DNA of 29,865 nucleotides from a candidate division WOR-3 bacterium (GTDB lineage Bacteria; Hydrothermota; Hydrothermia; LBFQ01; DSFT01): NCBI GenBank assembly GCA_965649115.1, contig CBFGJN010000018.1, positions 1 to 29,865 of the forward strand, read 5' to 3'. Shown piece by piece: positions 27,268 to 29,865 of this stretch (position 1 is its first letter; each line of letters starts with the position of its first letter). The notes under the pieces were generated by a model. It saw only the letters and a program-made list of their open reading frames with translations, ran no database searches and was not told where the DNA came from. The position numbers and the translations under genes were made by a program.

Positions 27268-27864
27268 TTATTTTCTTATTTTTATTAGTCTTACTTTATA
27301 ACCCTTAATCTGATTTTTTAGTTCTGGAACTTCAATTGAAAATAGTTCATCGGGAAATCTTTCAAAATCTGAAATTCTATTCAAAACATAAATTTTTCTT
27401 GGTCCAATTATATAATAATCATCAATAACTAAAATTGGATAACAGGCATATTTTGAAATTCCATAAATTAAACCCATATCAAAAAGTGAAAAATCCTTAA
27501 AATTTTTGCTATATTTTACTGCGCAATAAATATCAAAGTTTAGATTAAAATTATAGCTTAAATATGAAAGAATGTAAATAACTTGAAAATCGTAAAGTTT
27601 TAACTTTCCAATTTGATTTATTAATTCCTCAATTTTAAGAGTATCAGAAACTTTTGAAAAATTCTTTAATTTTGAATTTATGGAATATAATGAATCACGA
27701 ATTTCTAAAAGTGTAGGTATTGAAGGTTTCTTATAGTTTTTTGTCAAATTATTTATAAAGAAATTAACTATCTCGTTGTTCTTTTCAATCAAAAAGTAAA
27801 ATTTTTTATTTTCACCAAAAACATCATTAATTTCAATTATTAAGTTAAAAACCAAATTTATCAT
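27268..27864 (-). CDS. Hypothetical protein (start uncertain: 27864 or 27903)
   Basis: Long ORF in an operon with the neighbouring genes; no recognised motif. Confidence 0.6.
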   Translation of the reverse strand: MINLVFNLIIEINDVFGENKKFYFLIEKNNEIVNFFINNLTKNYKKPSIPTLLEIRDSLYSINSKLKNFSKVSDTLKIEELINQIGKLKLYDFQVIYILSYLSYNFNLNFDIYCAVKYSKNFKDFSLFDMGLIYGISKYACYPILVIDDYYIIGPRKIYVLNRISDFERFPDELFSIEVPELKNQIKGYKVRLIKIRK

Positions 27865-28222
27865 AGTCCCCAATAGGAATTCTTTCAGATATTGCAGATC
27901 CATCAGTTAATATAATTACTAAATCCCATATACCTTTTTCATTTATTTCTAAACTACCCTCATATACTCCATTATTTATATTCTTTAATTTGGCATAAAC
28001 TCTTCTTTCATCATTTTTTCCTGTTGGAGGCATATATAGAAATAGTTCTTTTATAAGGTTTTCATTAGGTTTTATAATGACTTTTACTTGGTTATTACCA
28101 ATTTTGAAATTTCCACTTTGAGTCAGAATTGTAATTTTGATATTATCTTTTTCAAGAGTCTTGAATTCCTTGTACTTCTCATAGCAACCAAAAATTACAA
28201 AAAGCAAAATTAATTTTCTCAC
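27845..28222 (-). CDS. Lipoprotein with YtkA/FixH-like Ig domain
   Basis: Lipobox IFGC; LYMPP...GVYEGSLEINEKGIWDLVI pattern. Confidence 0.6.
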   Translation of the reverse strand: MRKLILLFVIFGCYEKYKEFKTLEKDNIKITILTQSGNFKIGNNQVKVIIKPNENLIKELFLYMPPTGKNDERRVYAKLKNINNGVYEGSLEINEKGIWDLVIILTDGSAISERIPIGDYDKFGF

Positions 28223-29865
28223 TTTCTTTCTTTTCTAAACATATGCTCAAGTCTTTTAATAACAAGTTTTGCTGATCTTTCTGGAAATCCTGCTTTTTTA
28301 AGATTTTCAATCATATCTCTTACAATACCTTTTGTTTCAGGAAGAGGCATATCTACATCAATTGAACCACCGACAAGTTTTATTTTTTCCTTAAAGAAAA
28401 CTCTTTTAATTGCTTCATATAATTCAGGAAGTTCATCTTTTAATTCAAATGTTTTTCCTCTTATAACTGAACTTGCTATTACACTTGCTATCCTTTCATA
28501 AAGTTCTTTTCTCCTTTCAAATGTAGATATTTGATTTAATGCAGAATCAACAGTCTGTAAAACATTTTCATCTGGCTCTCTCTCTTCGCCTGTTGCAGGA
28601 TCAATAATTTTAACTTTCTTAACATAAGCTTCAAGATTCTTCAAATAATTCTGAAAGTAGCTTTTAACTTCTTCTTCAATTGAAGTTCCGAGAAACGCTT
28701 CCATAACATAGTTTGAAAGTTCTTCATCAATATAACTAACAACGGCATCATAAGCTTGTTTATTTTCAGGGTTGTTTTTGTATTTTGGAGCATCTACAAA
28801 CTCTGATTTTATTCCTTCAAGAACATCAACGACAGAAAGTCCTTCTGGATACTTAACCATTAATGTTGATAATAATTCTGCACTTTTTCTTGGTGATAAA
28901 CCAGAAAATCCCCACTCTTCTTGGATGGCTTTTCTTCTAATTTTTAAGGCTTCTTCTGACCTGTTTTCTTGATCCATTAAATCAATAAGTTTTTTAAGTG
29001 TATTTAAATCTTCTGAATATTTTGCAAGTCTTGTAGCAACAGTATAATATGCAAGTGCTTTATAAACAAGAGGATCAGTTGGTATTGAAGGATAGACAAG
29101 TTTTCTTAAAATTTTTATTTCCGCTTTATAGTCCAAGTTATAGGGAACTTTGACGATATATAATCTATCTCTAAATGCTTCTGTGTCAGGTCTTGAAGCA
29201 AATTTTTCATATTCAGGTTGGTTCGTATGTCCAACAATAATAATATCAAGGTACATAGCAGGTAAATTCTTTAATACAATCATTTTATCTTGACTTGCAG
29301 TAAGTAATATATTCAAGTGTTCGGTTTTTGCTTTTAACATTTCAACAAATTCAACAAGTCCTCTATTTCCTATTTGTAGAACACCTGTATAACTCCAAAC
29401 TCTTGGATCAGTTTCTTCCTTATATTGAGCAAGCTTAGCAAGTGATATATTACCTATGAGAACTGAATCATCAGCAGTATTTGGATCCATGGGTGCATAA
29501 GTTGCTATACCTATTCCTCTTGTTCTTGAAAAACTTATGAATTCTATCTCTAAATCTTCCCATTCAATTTCTTGTAGTTTCTTTTGGCATATTGGACAAG
29601 GTAATAATTCATCTCCTATGTTTATACCATATCTCTTTATTTCCTGTCTCTTGTTATAAGGTATAGCATATAGTGGATTGTCATGAACAGGACAGTCTTT
29701 TATAGCAGGTACTGGATGTTTTTGTGTCCATTCTTCAAGTATAACTTTAAACATATTGACAATTGTGGATTTTGCTGAACCAGGAGGGCCAATAAGCAAT
29801 AGAATTCTTTTTGCTATATCTTGTCCTTGAGCAGCAGCACTAAAATATTGCATTATTTTATCAAG
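28219..29865 (-). CDS. prkA: PrkA/YeaG-family AAA+ serine protein kinase, 5' truncated by the window edge
   Basis: RILLLIGPPGSAKS, CPVHDNPL, GNRGLVEFVEMLK, GHTNQPEY, EAFRDR, VPYNL, GLSPR; frame open to the window end. Confidence 0.88.
   Translation of the reverse strand, partial: LDKIMQYFSAAAQGQDIAKRILLLIGPPGSAKSTIVNMFKVILEEWTQKHPVPAIKDCPVHDNPLYAIPYNKRQEIKRYGINIGDELLPCPICQKKLQEIEWEDLEIEFISFSRTRGIGIATYAPMDPNTADDSVLIGNISLAKLAQYKEETDPRVWSYTGVLQIGNRGLVEFVEMLKAKTEHLNILLTASQDKMIVLKNLPAMYLDIIIVGHTNQPEYEKFASRPDTEAFRDRLYIVKVPYNLDYKAEIKILRKLVYPSIPTDPLVYKALAYYTVATRLAKYSEDLNTLKKLIDLMDQENRSEEALKIRRKAIQEEWGFSGLSPRKSAELLSTLMVKYPEGLSVVDVLEGIKSEFVDAPKYKNNPENKQAYDAVVSYIDEELSNYVMEAFLGTSIEEEVKSYFQNYLKNLEAYVKKVKIIDPATGEEREPDENVLQTVDSALNQISTFERRKELYERIASVIASSVIRGKTFELKDELPELYEAIKRVFFKEKIKLVGGSIDVDMPLPETKGIVRDMIENLKKAGFPERSAKLVIKRLEHMFRKERK

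Noticed and set aside
812..28972. Short ORFs 812-1087, 8716-8943, 9896-10132, 11770-11982, 13157-13354, 13727-13933, 19274-19483, 20709-20921, 28772-28972
   Set aside because: Antisense shadows of well-supported genes with no recognisable motifs

Overview
AT-rich chromosomal window from a diderm bacterium (OmpA lipoprotein, probable T9SS-type cargo; lineage not determinable from sequence alone). Mostly housekeeping and envelope genes: HerA-like ATPase, ComEC, GT2/GT4, nucleotide-sugar dehydrogenase, PhnC, acyl-CoA dehydrogenase, SDR, IspG, PurD, methylmalonyl-CoA mutase large subunit, Ogt and PrkA. Three things stand out. (1) A complete thiazole/oxazole RiPP cluster (17905-22382, minus strand) whose 31-aa precursor MRVVKLSKKNMFVAVAAGACCHCCCHTSCHC was missed by the ORF track; it has its own sigma70 promoter and a long-range 5'/3' RNA pairing that overlaps an anti-Shine-Dalgarno. 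(2) About 12 copies or remnants of a ~205-bp MITE with 9-bp target duplications. The same end almost always sits exactly 22 nt upstream of a gene's -10 box, and copies stack at the same site with the newest nearest the gene. (3) Many genes have a TAAAAT -10-like box 7-10 nt before the start codon and no SD, implying leaderless or near-leaderless mRNAs. A methyltransferase/PD-(D/E)xK nuclease pair is also present.
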